64,000 bases of DNA from Vermamoeba vermiformis (lineage: Eukaryota): contig JBEWZL010000292.1 of the NCBI GenBank assembly GCA_045837725.1, positions 62,001 through 126,000 of the forward strand, read 5' to 3'. Every line of letters begins with the position of its first letter. The first letter of the stretch is position 1. The position numbers were made by a program, and so were the translations under genes. The notes under the pieces are model-generated. The model was not told where the DNA came from. It did no database searches and saw only the letters and a list, made by a program, of their open reading frames with translations. Below are positions 24,721 through 38,000 of this stretch, piece by piece.

Positions 24721-25800
24721 ATGATGGAATGGTTGTTTGGCAAAACTAAAACCCCGCAAGGTAAAGATCGATCAAAAGTTTTCGGAACTATTCACCATTG
24801 CAGCACTCTTTTAAATATATTATATTAATAATCGCCATTGGAAGATAATAGGATACCCTTGACTCCATTAAAATCAAATTAATTAATTTACGAAATTTTT
24901 GACAGAAATTTTGCGTGAACATCAAAGAACAATTAATAGAGCTGTACGCGAGCTTGAAAGAGAGAAAAATAAATTGCAGCAACAGGAAAAGAAATTGGTT
25001 CTTGACATAAAACGAACGGCAAAGCAGGGACAAATGGTAATTTTTTTGGTATTTTTAAAAATTCAATCTCGCTGATCTAGTGGCTTTTTAGGGTGCTGTG
25101 CGTGTAATGGCTAAAGATCTCGTTAGAACACGAAAGCATGTCGAGAAAATGATTAAAATGAAGACGCAGTTACAGACTGTCAGCCTGAGACTACAGGTAA
25201 AAACATGAAGGCAAAAATAATTAAGGCGCTAACTAATACCTTTAGACGTTGAAATCACAATCCGCTATGGCTGAAGCAATGAGAGGTGTCACGAAGGTTA
25301 GTGGAACTCGATTAAAGTCAAGCGCTTAGGCTAACTTTGTTTCACTAGGCAATGATGACAATGAATAGACAAATTAACTTGCCGGCAATGCAAAAGATTA
25401 TGATGGAGTTTGAACGACAATCAGAGATCATGGAGATGAAAGAAGAGACTATTGGTGATACGAGTATGTCATGTCTTTGTTTTAAATTATGTTTTACACT
25501 ACTGACCTCAATGTGCTTAGTGGATGATATGATGGACGATGAAGACGAAGAGGCCGAGACCGATGCTATTGTGAATCAAGTGCTCGACGAGATTGGCATC
25601 AGTTTGACACAAGAGGTACGTGCCTACGTCAATATTGTGCACTTTCATAACTAACAGTTGTACAGTTGGTGGACACACCCAACACGGCTATTGCGACCAA
25701 ACAAGCCGCTCCCATGGCCAAAGTCGCTGCGCCTGCTGCAGAAGCTGCGGCTGACAGAGAACTGCAAGAGCGACTGGAGAATTTGAGAAAGAATATTTAA
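24721..25800 (+). CDS. CHMP2A: ESCRT-III CHMP2A/Vps2, multi-exon
   Basis: MEWLFGKTKTP, MAKDLVRTR, MNRQINLPAMQKIMMEFERQ, IVNQVLDEIG and a C-terminal LQERLENLRK MIM motif. Confidence 0.95.
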
Positions 25801-25913
25801 GCCTCGTTTGACTGTAAATTGTGTAATATATCATTGCCTTCGTTGTTTATTTGTGGATAATGTTTAATAATAAATTAGTTTGCAATTAGAGCGTCAACTT
25901 AATTACATTTGCG

Positions 25914-26389
25914 ATGGATCCCAACACAATGGAAGAGCCTCTTACAGAAGAGGCTAAAACAGCTATCATGGCGCACATGAATGAAGACCACGGAAAGCAC
26001 ATGACCGAATACGCTCAATACTTGGGCGGTTTAAAAAACGCCATCGGGTAAGAAATCGACAAGCTAATTGTATATATGAGGACAATCACGTAAATAAAAT
26101 ATTAATAATTTTATTACATAATTAATAGGGCGCGAATGGTTAGCTTGGACAATAAGGGAATTGATCTCCAAGTCCAGATCGAAGGTAGCTCGGAACAAAT
26201 TATTAGGTGCGCTTCCATAGCATATTTATGATGGCCTTTATAATGACTTATTTCTTTAGAATACCATACCCAAGAGAAATACACACAAGAAAGGAGTGCA
26301 AAAACGTTCTCATCGAGATGGTGAAACTCGCCGCAACCAAAAAGAGAGAATCTGAAGGTGCTGTTTCCTCAACTCAAAATAATAAATGA
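25914..26389 (+). CDS. Small DUF2470-like (HugZ/GluBP-related) domain protein; two introns
   Basis: AIMAHMNEDH...YAQYLG, ARMVSLDNKGIDL and RIPY...KNVLIEM, which resemble the HMNxDH DUF2470 pattern. Confidence 0.72.
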
Positions 26390-26522
26390 AAGGCGCGTAG
26401 CTCTAGCTTTATTTTGTGGCCGTTCGAAATCTCTTGTTCAGTGCACTTTCGTGATTGGTGCAAAGATTTTATCAATTTTATTTGGCTCCGAAAAAAGTGT
26501 GTTGCGCAAAAACCTTTTCCAT

Positions 26523-26546
26523 CCTCGTTCTTTTTCTCTTTGCTCC
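26523..26546 (+). promoter_or_regulatory. Pyrimidine tract upstream of the RPS6 ATG (possible 5'TOP-like transcription start)
   Basis: CCTCGTTCTTTTTCTCTTTGCTCC ending about 20 nt before ATG 26568. The transcription start site is unknown. Confidence 0.35.
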
Positions 26547-26567
26547 TGTTACGAAGGTTATAAAACA

Positions 26568-27749
26568 ATGAAGGTATGCTATTTTTCAGCATCGATAATC
26601 TACCCCTATCAGCATAATTATAAAAATACATATGTATTGAGGAAAGCCCGTTAATAATTATTTTTGATCAGCTGAACATTGCCAATCCCGCCACCGGCCG
26701 TCAAAAGCTTCTCGACATTGACGACGAGAAGAAGGTGTAAGTAATATTACGCGTGTATTATATTTAAATAATTTTAGGCAATAATAATTATTATTTGATA
26801 TTATTATTTATTTGGAGATGAGCCCCCAGTTAACTGTGATCAAGTATTAATGCATAAATATAACAGCCGCCTCTTCTACGATAAGAGAATCTCCCAAGAA
26901 GTTGATGGTGATGCTCTTGGTGACGAATTCAAGGGATACGTTTTCAAAATTACTGGTGGAATTGATAAGGACGGTTTTGCTATGAAGCAGGGTATTATGG
27001 TCAACCACCGCCTTCGTCTCCTTTTGGACGGTCGTAAGTATTGCTTTTTAGATGTGATAGATCGTTGTTGGATTTTGGATCATAGTCTTATCCTTTAATG
27101 AATCATTATAAGCACACTGTCGCTATTACAAACATATATTCACACAAATTTATTAGACTCTGGTCTCTACAGAGAACGCCGAGATGGTGCTCGCCGCCGA
27201 AAGTCTGTTCGCGGTTGCATCGTCGGTGCTGATCTCGCTGTTATCAACGTTATCATCGTCAAGCGCGGTGAGAAGGAGATTCCGGGATTGTCTGAGGAGC
27301 CCATGAACAAGACTTTGGGTCCCAAGAGAGTCGGCAAGATCCGCAAGTTCTTCGACTTGAAGAAGGAGGACGACGTTCGCCAATTCGTTATTCGACGTGA
27401 AGTGCCCGCCAAGGAAGGCAAGCCCAAGCGCGCTAAGGCCCCCAAGATTCAACGTTTGGTTACTCCTGAACGTGTTCAACGCAAGCGAAGAAGAATCCTC
27501 ATGAAGAAGTTGAGATACGAAAAGAACCAAAAGGAAGCCGCCGAATACAACAAGTTGGTTGCTCAATTGCGAAAGGAACAAAGACAAACCACCAAGTCCA
27601 AGCTTTCTACCCGCACCAGCACTGCCAAGCCCGCCGCTGCTGCTGACAAGAAGGCTGCCCCTGCCGCTAAGACCCAAGCTGCTGCCCCCAAGACTGCTGC
27701 TAAACAACCCGCCCCTGCTGCCGCCAAGAAGGTTGCTGCCAAGAAATAA
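26568..27749 (+). CDS. RPS6: 40S ribosomal protein S6 (eS6) with an Ala/Lys/Pro-rich C-terminal extension; three introns
   Basis: [42 protein letters not shown] and [11 protein letters not shown]. Confidence 0.98.
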
Positions 27750-27846
27750 ATTAAATATGTGAAAAAATAAAATGTTCGGCCTCATGTTTTAAACAATATC
27801 GCTTTAGCAAAACTTTATTTACAATTGTGACACTGGCCTTTTTATT

Positions 27847-29245
27847 TTATCGGCGGTCATAGGGCGGACGATCACGTGGCGGGTAATCTTTCTCTGGTTC
27901 TCGTGGGTAGTTGTCTTTGTAGTTATCCTTGTTATAGTTATCCTTACTGTAGTTGTCCTTGTTGTAGTCCGGGCGGTAATTATCCTTGTAAGAATTGTCT
28001 TTGTCGTAGTTGTCCCTCGAATAGTTATCTTTGTAACTGTCCTTGTTGTCATAGTCCTTGTAGTCTCGTGTGTTGTAATCTTTGTAGTCTTTGTTATAAT
28101 TACTGTTGTCCCTGTAATTATCTTTGTAATTATCCTTGCCGTAGTTATCTTTGTAATCCTTGTAGTTATTGTAATCTTTGTAGTTGTAGTCCTTGTAGTA
28201 GTCTCGTCTGTCTCGAGGATATCTGTCTCTGTTATCGTAGGGACGGTAGCGTTCATCACCTCGGGAGAACTTATCTCGTGGGCGGTATCCACCATAGGCG
28301 GGAGGTTCATAGTAGTCTCTATCATTTCGGTCCCGCGTATCGCGGTCGTAATTGTTGCGATAGTCGCGTGGGTACCATTCTCTTCGGTAATTCTCTCTTT
28401 CGTAGCGTGGATAAGGCTCGCGTGGGTAATCGCGTTCCGGAGAGCGCGATTTAGGTGTGTAGCGCTCATTGGAGTTGGAAGCTGGTGAAGCACTTCGCCT
28501 GTTGTCACTGCGTGTCAAGGTTTCCCGTTCTGTGCTCTTCTCGCGTGTGGCTGCTTCAGTGCTCGCTTGGAGGGCTTCGGCAGCTTTCTTTTCTTCCATA
28601 GCTAGATCTTGTTCAATTTGTTGCAGCTTGCTTACATAATCAGCAGGTACGGTACGCGCCTCCATGCTCCATTTGGGCGGATCAAACTGCAACAAAGTTT
28701 CTCTGTCACTGAGCATTTCAATCTCGCTACGAATGGCCTTTAAATCTGCATCGAAGATCTCTTGCTTAAATTCAGACAAATCAAGGTTTATCTTGCTTTC
28801 CAGTTCTCTGCTCGCAACGTCAACCATTTTGACTTCTGCATTCTTTTTCTGTTGGCGTAGGGCTCGCAACTAAAAATATTACGTTAATAAAATGAATATC
28901 ATGGGTATTAGTAATTATTGAGCTTGTATTGAATGCTACAGCATTACGGCCGAATTAGAAAAAAATTATTCAATAATTTTGAAGAAAATGCAATTAAAAT
29001 TCTGCTCATTATTTACTTACTTCCCGCTCTAGTTGCTCGTATTCTGACAATATTTGAACAGCATTTTGAGCGTATTCTGTTACTGGAACGAAATCAACAG
29101 ATGCAGATCCTTGTGCGGGAGGCACGTACAAGAGCTCTTTGCATATTATAGATTGTGGCTTGGGCTGTAGTGGCACTTTTTGTGACGTTCGCAATTTTTT
29201 CAGCGGCACGGTCGGGGACATGCCCGAGTAAGTTTGAGAGGACAT
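27847..29245 (-). CDS. Hypothetical protein: coiled coil plus R/Y/D/K/N low-complexity C-terminus; one intron at ~28871-29020
   Basis: ORFs 29009-29245 and 27847-28869 are joined by GTAAGT...TTTTAG. The tail consists of repeated YKDNY-like units. Confidence 0.7.
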
Positions 29246-29421
29246 CTGGCAGCTTTAGTCTACCAGTATAGGATAGTTCTTGCGCAAATATTACAGAAGT
29301 GATTATATTGGTGTCGTGTGTTGTGTACCTACAAACTGGCGGGCAGCATACATACTTTATGCAATGAACATTCCATTTAGTTTGTCAAACCAGTAAAAGA
29401 CAATGCGAGAATAACGTAGGC

Positions 29422-32400
29422 ATGAGCAATAATACGAATATTACACTGGAGGATATATTGGCCGAGGAGGATCCGGTCACAGTTCCTCCTAACCAGAATA
29501 TTTCAATCGAAGACATTTTGGCTGAGGATTTGGACAAAGAGACTGAAAAAATACTGCGCGAGCTGAAACAAAAAACAACCCCACCTATTGTAAATAATTC
29601 ATCAAATAACAATATTAACCAAAATCATACAACACAAGCCAACCAAAATATTCCAAAAGAGGACACACAAGCCACGTCAACCTGTAAGAATTAATTAATG
29701 CCTATTATAATTTATTTATACTACATTATACCGAGCAATAGGCGTAAATACCTAACTGTCATTTTCAAATAATATTTTCAATTTCCGTTTTGACACTGGT
29801 ATTTGTTGCAGCTGACGCAAATCGTGCATTTACAGCGACCAATGTGATTGTCGATGGGGTACGTCGTGATTTCTCAATTGTCATTTCGCTTACCCTCTTT
29901 AGATGGAGACGCAAGAGCTGAGTGACACGCCAGTGCCCGAGAAGAGGATAGACGAGGCAGTGTTGCAAGAGATATTGAAAGAGACCGAAGAGATTGATCT
30001 GAGTGCTATTGGTGGCGAGTCTGATCTCGATTCGTTGATGCGAAACATCTTGAGTGAAGTACGTACACTAAGCTAACTGTACTGCCAGTACGTGTCTCAC
30101 GCTTCTACACCACAGCGTCCTCTCAGCGACGACAGCAAGTTGCTCGAACAAGTTGCAGCTACACAGCGCGAGGTTGTCAATGTCGAAGAGTCGAAGAAGG
30201 TGTTGACTACTCTCGAGGAACGGAGACGTAAAAAACGACTGCACACGAATATCTTGGAGGCCACACGACTGGCGAACATTTCCAACAAATTAACACAGTC
30301 TAAGAAAGAGGCTGGCAACCCGACCTGCATTGCTGTAAGATATTGAACTGCGGATCCAGCACTTAGCTCACCACTTATCAGATCTCACTCAAATACGTTG
30401 CTATTGGCACGTCACATGGCCTGGTACTGATATTCGATCACTTCCAAGACCTGAAAAAGATTCTCGTCGCAGAAGGTAAGTGGCAACCTTTCATGACAAT
30501 ATATACTTACTGCAACAGCACTCGAGTACGGACCTGTGACAGCATTGGATGTGTCGCTCGATTCAGAGTGGGTGGCGTGTGGCCATCAAGGTGGACAGTT
30601 GGTCATATGGGACATTCAATCCGGCAAACAAATCAAGTCCATTCTTGACGCGCATCAACAAGCCCTTGTGACAGTCAAGTTCATTGAAGCTAAAAATAGA
30701 CTGTTGACCTCAGATCTCAAGGTAAGCAGGTCTGGTCTTATTGTACCGTCATCTAATGAGTGCCAGGGTGTGTTGAATCTGTTCAACATATCACGCATGC
30801 TGTTGATGTGGATGGTCTCAAAAGAGCTCATCTTAAGTGGTTCTGTCGGTCCTCTCTTCTCCATCGCACATCTGTTGCCTGGCTCGATTTCACACCCTGT
30901 GGACATCTTTTCTTTGGTGGCACTGAGCAATGCCAGCAAGACGATGATTGCGTCCTTTCAGAGCGAGAAAGTGCTCATCTTGCATCAAATTCCACGACCC
31001 AAGACCGTGCGAGACGGTGCCTTGCCTTATTTGGCATGGCGTCGTGTGGTAATGCGCGACACTAAGGGAGGTCGCAAGAAGTTGTTGGACCCAGTGCTGG
31101 CTATTGGCTGGGGCAACACCATCGAGTTGATTCGCGTGGTGATTCAAAACAAGCCTGACAACCCTCCACGTCTCTCACTCGACTTTGTCTCGGTGGCACG
31201 TCACGCAATTGACACCGAGTTGTGTGGCTTGCAATGGCTTGGCAGTGCAGCCATGGCCTATCTCAATGCCTCGGATGAGTTGCGTGTGGTCGATTCACTC
31301 TCGTTCGAAGAATTGGAGATTTCGAGCGTTAAAGACATGGAGCTCGTATTTCACACGCGCTTTGTCAATGCCGCGACAGGCACGCAAGAGGTCTGTTACG
31401 GACCTTCGATCAAAACTTACAAAGGTCGACTCTATCTGCTGGTACGTACTGCCTAGTATGATGTACTGAGCACATCTAACACTCGTGCCAGGGCCTCACA
31501 GGAGTCTATTCAGGTCACTTGTTGACGTGGTCTGAGCGCATCAACGTGCTCGTCAAACAAAGTCGCTGGCTCGACGCACTCGCCTTGGCACTTGACTTCT
31601 ACCAGGGCCGTGGTCTCGGTGCCGCTGGTTTGCCTCGCGATGCCAATATCGCACGCGGCTTGGTGTCGAAGAAGATTGAAGAGTTGTTGGAGAAGTTTTT
31701 GACCATTGGCATCGACAAGAAGCGCGGTATGTATTCCCTCACGTGCACTATCAGCGTGATATTAATACTGCCACTAGACTCGGCAAGTCCCTCGGGCAGT
31801 CCTAAAGCCGCGCCCAAGTCAGCAGCCGCGAGTGCCGCGCTCAAACAAGAGCTGCGCGTCAAAGAGCACCACCAGTACCTCGCGACTGTGTGCATCGACT
31901 ACTGTCTCGCGATCAACCGTGAAGATTTGCTGTTCAATTTGGTGTTCCCGCACTTCTTCAAGGCCGAGCAGCTCGGTGTGTTTTTGGAGCGGTTAGAGCC
32001 GTTCATTCTCGGCGACAAGCTGCACAAAGTGCCGCCAGAGGTGATCAAACTGTTGCTGCACTACTACGCCAGCAACAAGATGTTGCGACGCATGGAACAG
32101 ATCATCTTGCACCTCGACATTGCCTCGATTGACTTCCATCAAGTCGTCACGCTGTGTCGCAAGCACTACTTGTCCAATGCGCTGTTCTACGTGTTCATCA
32201 CCGCACTCGACGACTACATCACACCGATGGACGACATGTTCAAGGTCATATTCAAACCTGCCTCCATCTCGGGCACGGCACACGATCAACAAACGGTGAG
32301 TGCGACTCAGTGGTTGTTGTAGTCGCTGATCATATGACAGGTGCTCAAAACTGTGGGCTACAAGATATTGCTCTATTTGGAGTATTGTTTTGCAGGCAAG

Positions 32401-35040
32401 GTGTTCCCGCTCGACAAAGAGATGCCGACTGAGCGCATCAGACCAGTGAACGACAAGATCTTCGAGTACTTGTTCGCAGAGACTGTGCAAGGAGGTAGGT
32501 CACGTGATTTACATTCATCAGTGATTGACGGCGCGCAGAACACAACGAGTACCCTCGCGTGATAGCACTGCTGAACATTGACACGAATGAGTTCTTCAAG
32601 GCCCTCACCATCGCCTGCGAACACCCGCTCACCGTGCACCACTTGCACCAAGCCTCCGATGTGCTCACCAAGCTGATGATTGATCCGCGCGACGATGCAT
32701 TTGCATTCAACGCACAGCCGCTCAAAGGTGCTGCATTCACGGTACGTATTTGAATGCTGCTCACGAGTGCCATGCTGACACGTGTCAAACAACAGCCCGC
32801 ACAAGTCGGCGCATTATTCCGCTTCTTAGCGCGCTATTACTCGCGTCAGTTCTTAGAGCCCACGCAGTACATGCTGAACAGAGCACTGTCGTACCTCTTG
32901 CTGGCCAATGACCCCGCGACTGCTACTGAACGTCAAGCACTCGTATTGTCGCTGATTAAGAACTGTGCGCCGGAACGATTCAATCCCGACCAGGTCTTGT
33001 TGCGCGCTGAAAAGGCTCAATTGTAAGGCTTGCTATTAGACATTATATATTGCGTGCTAATGTGTTTGCTGCAGCTACAAAGTGTGCGAGTATTTTGCAC
33101 TCAAACGCCGTGACTTTGCCAAAGTGGTGCATTATCACGTGATCGATCCTGACTACAAGGTGAGTGGTATTGCGACGGTCATATGCAGCGCTAATATATG
33201 ACAGTTGGAGCTGTTCGATTACATCCGCGGTCAGCTCGATTCAATCACGCTTAGCGACAAAGAAAAAGACGCGATTAAAAATGCGGTGATTGTCAGTCTG
33301 AAAGAGATCATCAAAGTAGACCGCGAGAAGGCCTCCAATCTGATCATTGAACGCTTCGACAACGAGCACGAGCGACTGATGGACGAACTGTCAGTGTACC
33401 CCGAGCTGCTGTACTATTACTTGAGTGCGATTATGGAGCACAGCTTCAAAGAGGGCCGCAGCTCGCTGAGTGCCGAACAAGAGGAGAAGTTGATTGATTT
33501 GATGGCGCAGTTCGAGCCCAGCAAAGTGCTCCTCTTCTTGCAGCACAAGGGCATGAAGTACCGCTTGGACATTGTACGTGCACTTGACTCTGATTGATGG
33601 AGCATTATTGACCGTGTTAATTGTGTAGGCACTGCAAATCTGTCAGAAGATGGTGCTGCTCGAGCCCACAGCCTATCTCCTCGAGCGCAGTGGTGATTTG
33701 ACAGGAGCACTGCAACAGCACCTCGATCTGATTGGTCCCAAGCTCAGTGTCGTGCTGCTCGTCTCTCAGACTGAGACGATTGACCCTCACGTTGAAGAGG
33801 CCCTCGCTGATGACATTCAACGCGAGCTCGACAAAGCGATCGGTCTGTGTCAGCGCAACTCACAGAGACTCGAAGACGCTGAAAATGAGGTAAGAAAGTT
33901 TCCTTTTTAGGCAAGTGTCAGATGTTGACAACTCTGTTAGGCCCTGTGGTTCAAGTTGTTGGATTGTTGGGTCGAGCCGTGGCGCAAATTGAAAGAGCTC
34001 GACATGGACATTATGCGCAATCGCACGCGTGGAGGCAACAAGAATTCAGATGCCTCTGACAGCGACGCTGAAGCTGGCTGGCAACGTGGTTCGATCAAAG
34101 AGATTATGAAGCAGAAGCAAGTCATCTTGTCGCGCCTTCAGCTGTTGAACTCGTTCATTCAACGCGTCATTGACAACATGATGGGCTATGTAGCACTGCC
34201 TGCAATTTTGAAGAAGATTGTCACCGATCACGGCTCGGACAAATTCGGAGAATTTAAAACAATCTTCATCTCCATGCTGGACAACTACTCGTATGAACAG
34301 GACATCTTGACGACGGCCAATCAGCTCTTCGAATACGACACTTACCGCGTGTCTAAAGATCTTTTCAAACGCCGAGCACAGGGTCATTTAACTACGGTAA
34401 GTAAAGCACACATAAGCGCTAGTTCATTCAGCTAATTCCCTTGCAGCCCAAGTGTCAGTTGTGCGGCGAGAAGTTCCACACGTGGGACAAGGCAGTGCTG
34501 TTCAATTGCAGCCACAGTTTTCACATTGAATGTCTCACGTCACGCGGCACATCATTGACAGCTCCGCAGTGCCCGACGTGTGGTGAAAGCAGCACAGCCA
34601 TGTACGACAACAACAGACGACCTTTGCAAGTAAGTACTACAGGCACGGGTGTGAGGTCAGTGCTAACAACATGCTCTGCAGGACTCCGGCCGATCTCGCT
34701 CAGCAGTTGGTCAAAAGTCACGTGATCGATCCACCGCCGAAGTGTATCAAGAGCGTGTGAATCAGTTGATCATCCCGCAAGAGAAATCAAAGGTATATTG
34801 TGCACATTGAGGTTTCGAGTATTTGCATATCCATATTCTCACAATTCTATTCAGCTGGAGCTCCTGCACCTGATTCAGAAAGGCGAAGATGTGACACAAG
34901 CGCGCAGTCAGAATCACCGTCACTCCTATCGAGCACCTACTGTGGAACGCAATCCTGGCGTGCTGTCAGATCAAAGCAAGGTCCGCAGTGGTCTGTCGGA
35001 TGAAGAGGCTCGTGAAATCTTCAAGCGAAGAAAGAAATAG
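29422..35040 (+). CDS. VPS8: VPS8 (CORVET subunit): WD40 + alpha-solenoid + C-terminal RING, multi-exon
   Basis: GNPTCIA..YVAIGTSHG, LAIGWG, LLTWSERI..WLDALALA, FLERLEPFIL, LEPTAYLLERSGD, CQRNSQRL..ALWFKLLD and RING CQLC..FNCSHSFHIEC..CPTC. Confidence 0.92.
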
Positions 35041-35084
35041 ATTGAGCTCTCAATTGTATTATTTATCACCATAAACACGCGCAT

Positions 35085-38000
35085 TTATTCTTTGGCATTG
35101 ATGAAGTAATCTAAGCCCTTCAAGTTAATAATCGCTGTTGCAATGTCTTGGAAGCCGAGGTCCATGGCTATTTGATGGCGCAGATGGAAGTCGTCCAAGT
35201 ACTCCAAGAACCGTCGGATCTGCATCAGGTATTGATTCTTTTGTGGATCTGCTTTGTATTTCTTCACTACATCGCGGAACAACTCGCTGGTGAGGGGCAG
35301 ATTGGTCAAGTAATCGTCCAAGAACTCGAAGTTGCCCAAAATAATCACTTGTTGGTAGAGCGGGCTAAGGCAAATTTGTTAGACAGATCTGCGGCAAGCA
35401 ACGAAAAACTTACGCGATCCATTCGGCGGATGTGTTCAATCCATACGCATTGGCTATGACAAGACACTCGACAAAGCTACCTTTGAACATGATTACTTTG
35501 CGTGCCTCATCGAGTGACAGGTTCATCACATTTGCATCGAGGTTCTCAAGCTGCAGTTGAATCAGCGCCGCTTGCATGAGAGCTTGAGCACTCATTTGCA
35601 TGCAGTGACTCTGCAGTCGTGGTGAGTATTGGGAGTGATATTATTAAGCGCGTCAAACTTACTTTGGTGTAATAGTCCGCTGCGTCCAAATAGCTCGCCA
35701 TGGCATTGAGCAGTGCTGATTGTTCGTGAATGGCGACACGTGCTTTAGGTTTGTTCTCACTCTGCACTGCGTGCAATTCTTCTTTGGCCTTCTCGACGCA
35801 ATAGTCTGCGTATTCGCGGTACATTTGGAAGCGCAAGAAGAGCAGTTTCATGAGTCCAATCTCTTGCGGGTACTTGGTTTTCAAGAAGACATAGAGCGAC
35901 ACTTGCAACTCTTTCTTGTCGTTGTCGTCTTCAATGTAAATGTTCTTCGACAACAGCATTTCAAAGCAGTTGAACTGCACGAGCAGATCGAGTATGTATT
36001 GCATGTTGGTGTACTCTTTGGTGCCTGTAATGAGTCTGACGAGCAGTTTGAACTGTTTCTGCTTCACGTACTCTTGCTGTAATACACAGTCAGCGCTATT
36101 CGTCTCAATAATACTGTTTTCTAGACGTACCTGCACGCGACCCTTAACGATGGCCAGGATGTGATTGGTGCCTTGGATTTGATGTGCCAAGGAGAAACAG
36201 AAGTGTGCTCGAATCAGCAGATCAACTTCGGCTTGAAGAGGAATGGAATACACCGTCATCTCAAAGTGTCGCAATAACTCTTTGCCGACCTCTTCAGGGA
36301 GCTGTATATGACGATTAATACTACCGGACAATCATATAACGAGCATCTACGTACACCACAAAGCATGACATATTCGCTGAAATGACGTGCAGACCAGACA
36401 TTGGCAATGATTTTTGCAGCGGAGTTCGATCGACCAGGGATTGGTTGACCAGGGCTGAGTACCGCATCGAAATCACTTTGCGAAGGGATGCGTTTCATTG
36501 GTGAGTTGAAATCAGCCTCTTTCATGCTCGAGTGTTCACTGGATGGTCCTGAAGATGGCATGGGACTCATTGGTGTCGTGCCTATTGAAGTGCCAGTGGA
36601 CCAATCGGGCGAGGTGAGAGATTGGAAGCAACCATCGGCAAGCACGTGCGCGACTTTGACAGCGTCGAGTTGATTCAACACGATGAATGACTTGGCCAGG
36701 CTGTATTTCTTCGGACCTTCAACAAGCACGAACCGCAGCACTTCATAGGGATCTTTTGTATTGATTTCCTCGAACGACAAGGAGAGGACTTGTGCAACCT
36801 GTTACGCATAATTATATTAGTAGGAGTAAAATTTATGTACAACTGTTGATATACCTTGTACTTGACAACAATTCTTTCACAAAACTGTTTAGCGTGATTA
36901 GACAGGCCGACTAATCGATCCAACAGCTCGGCTAGCTCATTCAAATCGTAGTCGTCAAAGTTCTTAGGGCCATAGCGCTCTTCATACAGTGCTTTGATTG
37001 GCTCGGGGATATCATTCGGTGTGAGGGCACCTTCAGCCAGCAAGGCGATTGTGCGTGCGAGAACAAGTTCTTTGCTCTCGTGCTTGAACTGGCGACAGAC
37101 TTTCTCAACTTCAGCGAAATTTCCGCTTTCATTAATGAGCCTGCCAACAATTTGTTCGAGTGCTTCGGTTGACATTGAGGGTGCTGCTTCCATATTTGGC
37201 AGTTTGCCCATTTTCGAAATATCTAGGATAGAAGAGTTGTTAGTTAAAGTGCAGTACCTAAAATACACTGGGCTCAGTACCGTGAGGAATGTGCGAGGCC
37301 ACTGAGACTTGAATCATCTTGGCTTCAATCTCTTGCAGTACTTCTGCGTGCTTCCAAGCCTCATTCTTCTCTTGTCCCGAGCCTGAGGCAGGTGGATGTT
37401 GCTCAGTCTGCTCGTTGAATTCACCATTGAACCACGACAAAGCAAGGGACAACAAGAATATTTTCTCTGCTGCCAAATTCTCAACAGTTAGACTCGAAGT
37501 GGGCTCAGTGCGCATGTCCTCGGCTGATTGATTAAAGAAGTCACCAGCCACGAGCGGTGAAGTCTTGTACTGCACGAAGAGTTCGTTGACTTTCTTCCAA
37601 ATTTCCTAGCACAGAATTAGCCCAACACACGCTAATGATACGACTAGTATAATGACTTACAATGCGCTCAGCAGCGATGTTCCAGAAGTGACTGAGGGAA
37701 AACTGTTTGAGCGTGTGTTGTGCTTGTTGCACGGTGATCGCGTCAACATCAAGTTCATTGGCTACAGCGACTGTTCGTGCGTCATCAAACAGCGCTGCTT
37801 CTGCCAATCTGTCGACGATAGTCTCTGCAGGAGGCAATGCAAAGGTCTTGGTGTCTTTGTCAAACAACAGGTCCACTAGTCCCGCATTGCTCAACAGGGC
37901 ACACGTTGTCTCCAATGTTTTGTACTTGGCGTGCAAGTTGACAGTTGACAGCACGCGCAGCAAATGACCGAGTTCGTAGGGTGTCTGAATGTGACTCATC

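Noticed and set aside
26574-27157. Intronic snoRNAs in RPS6
   Set aside because: I could not identify convincing C/D boxes with a terminal stem or an H/ACA two-hairpin structure by eye.
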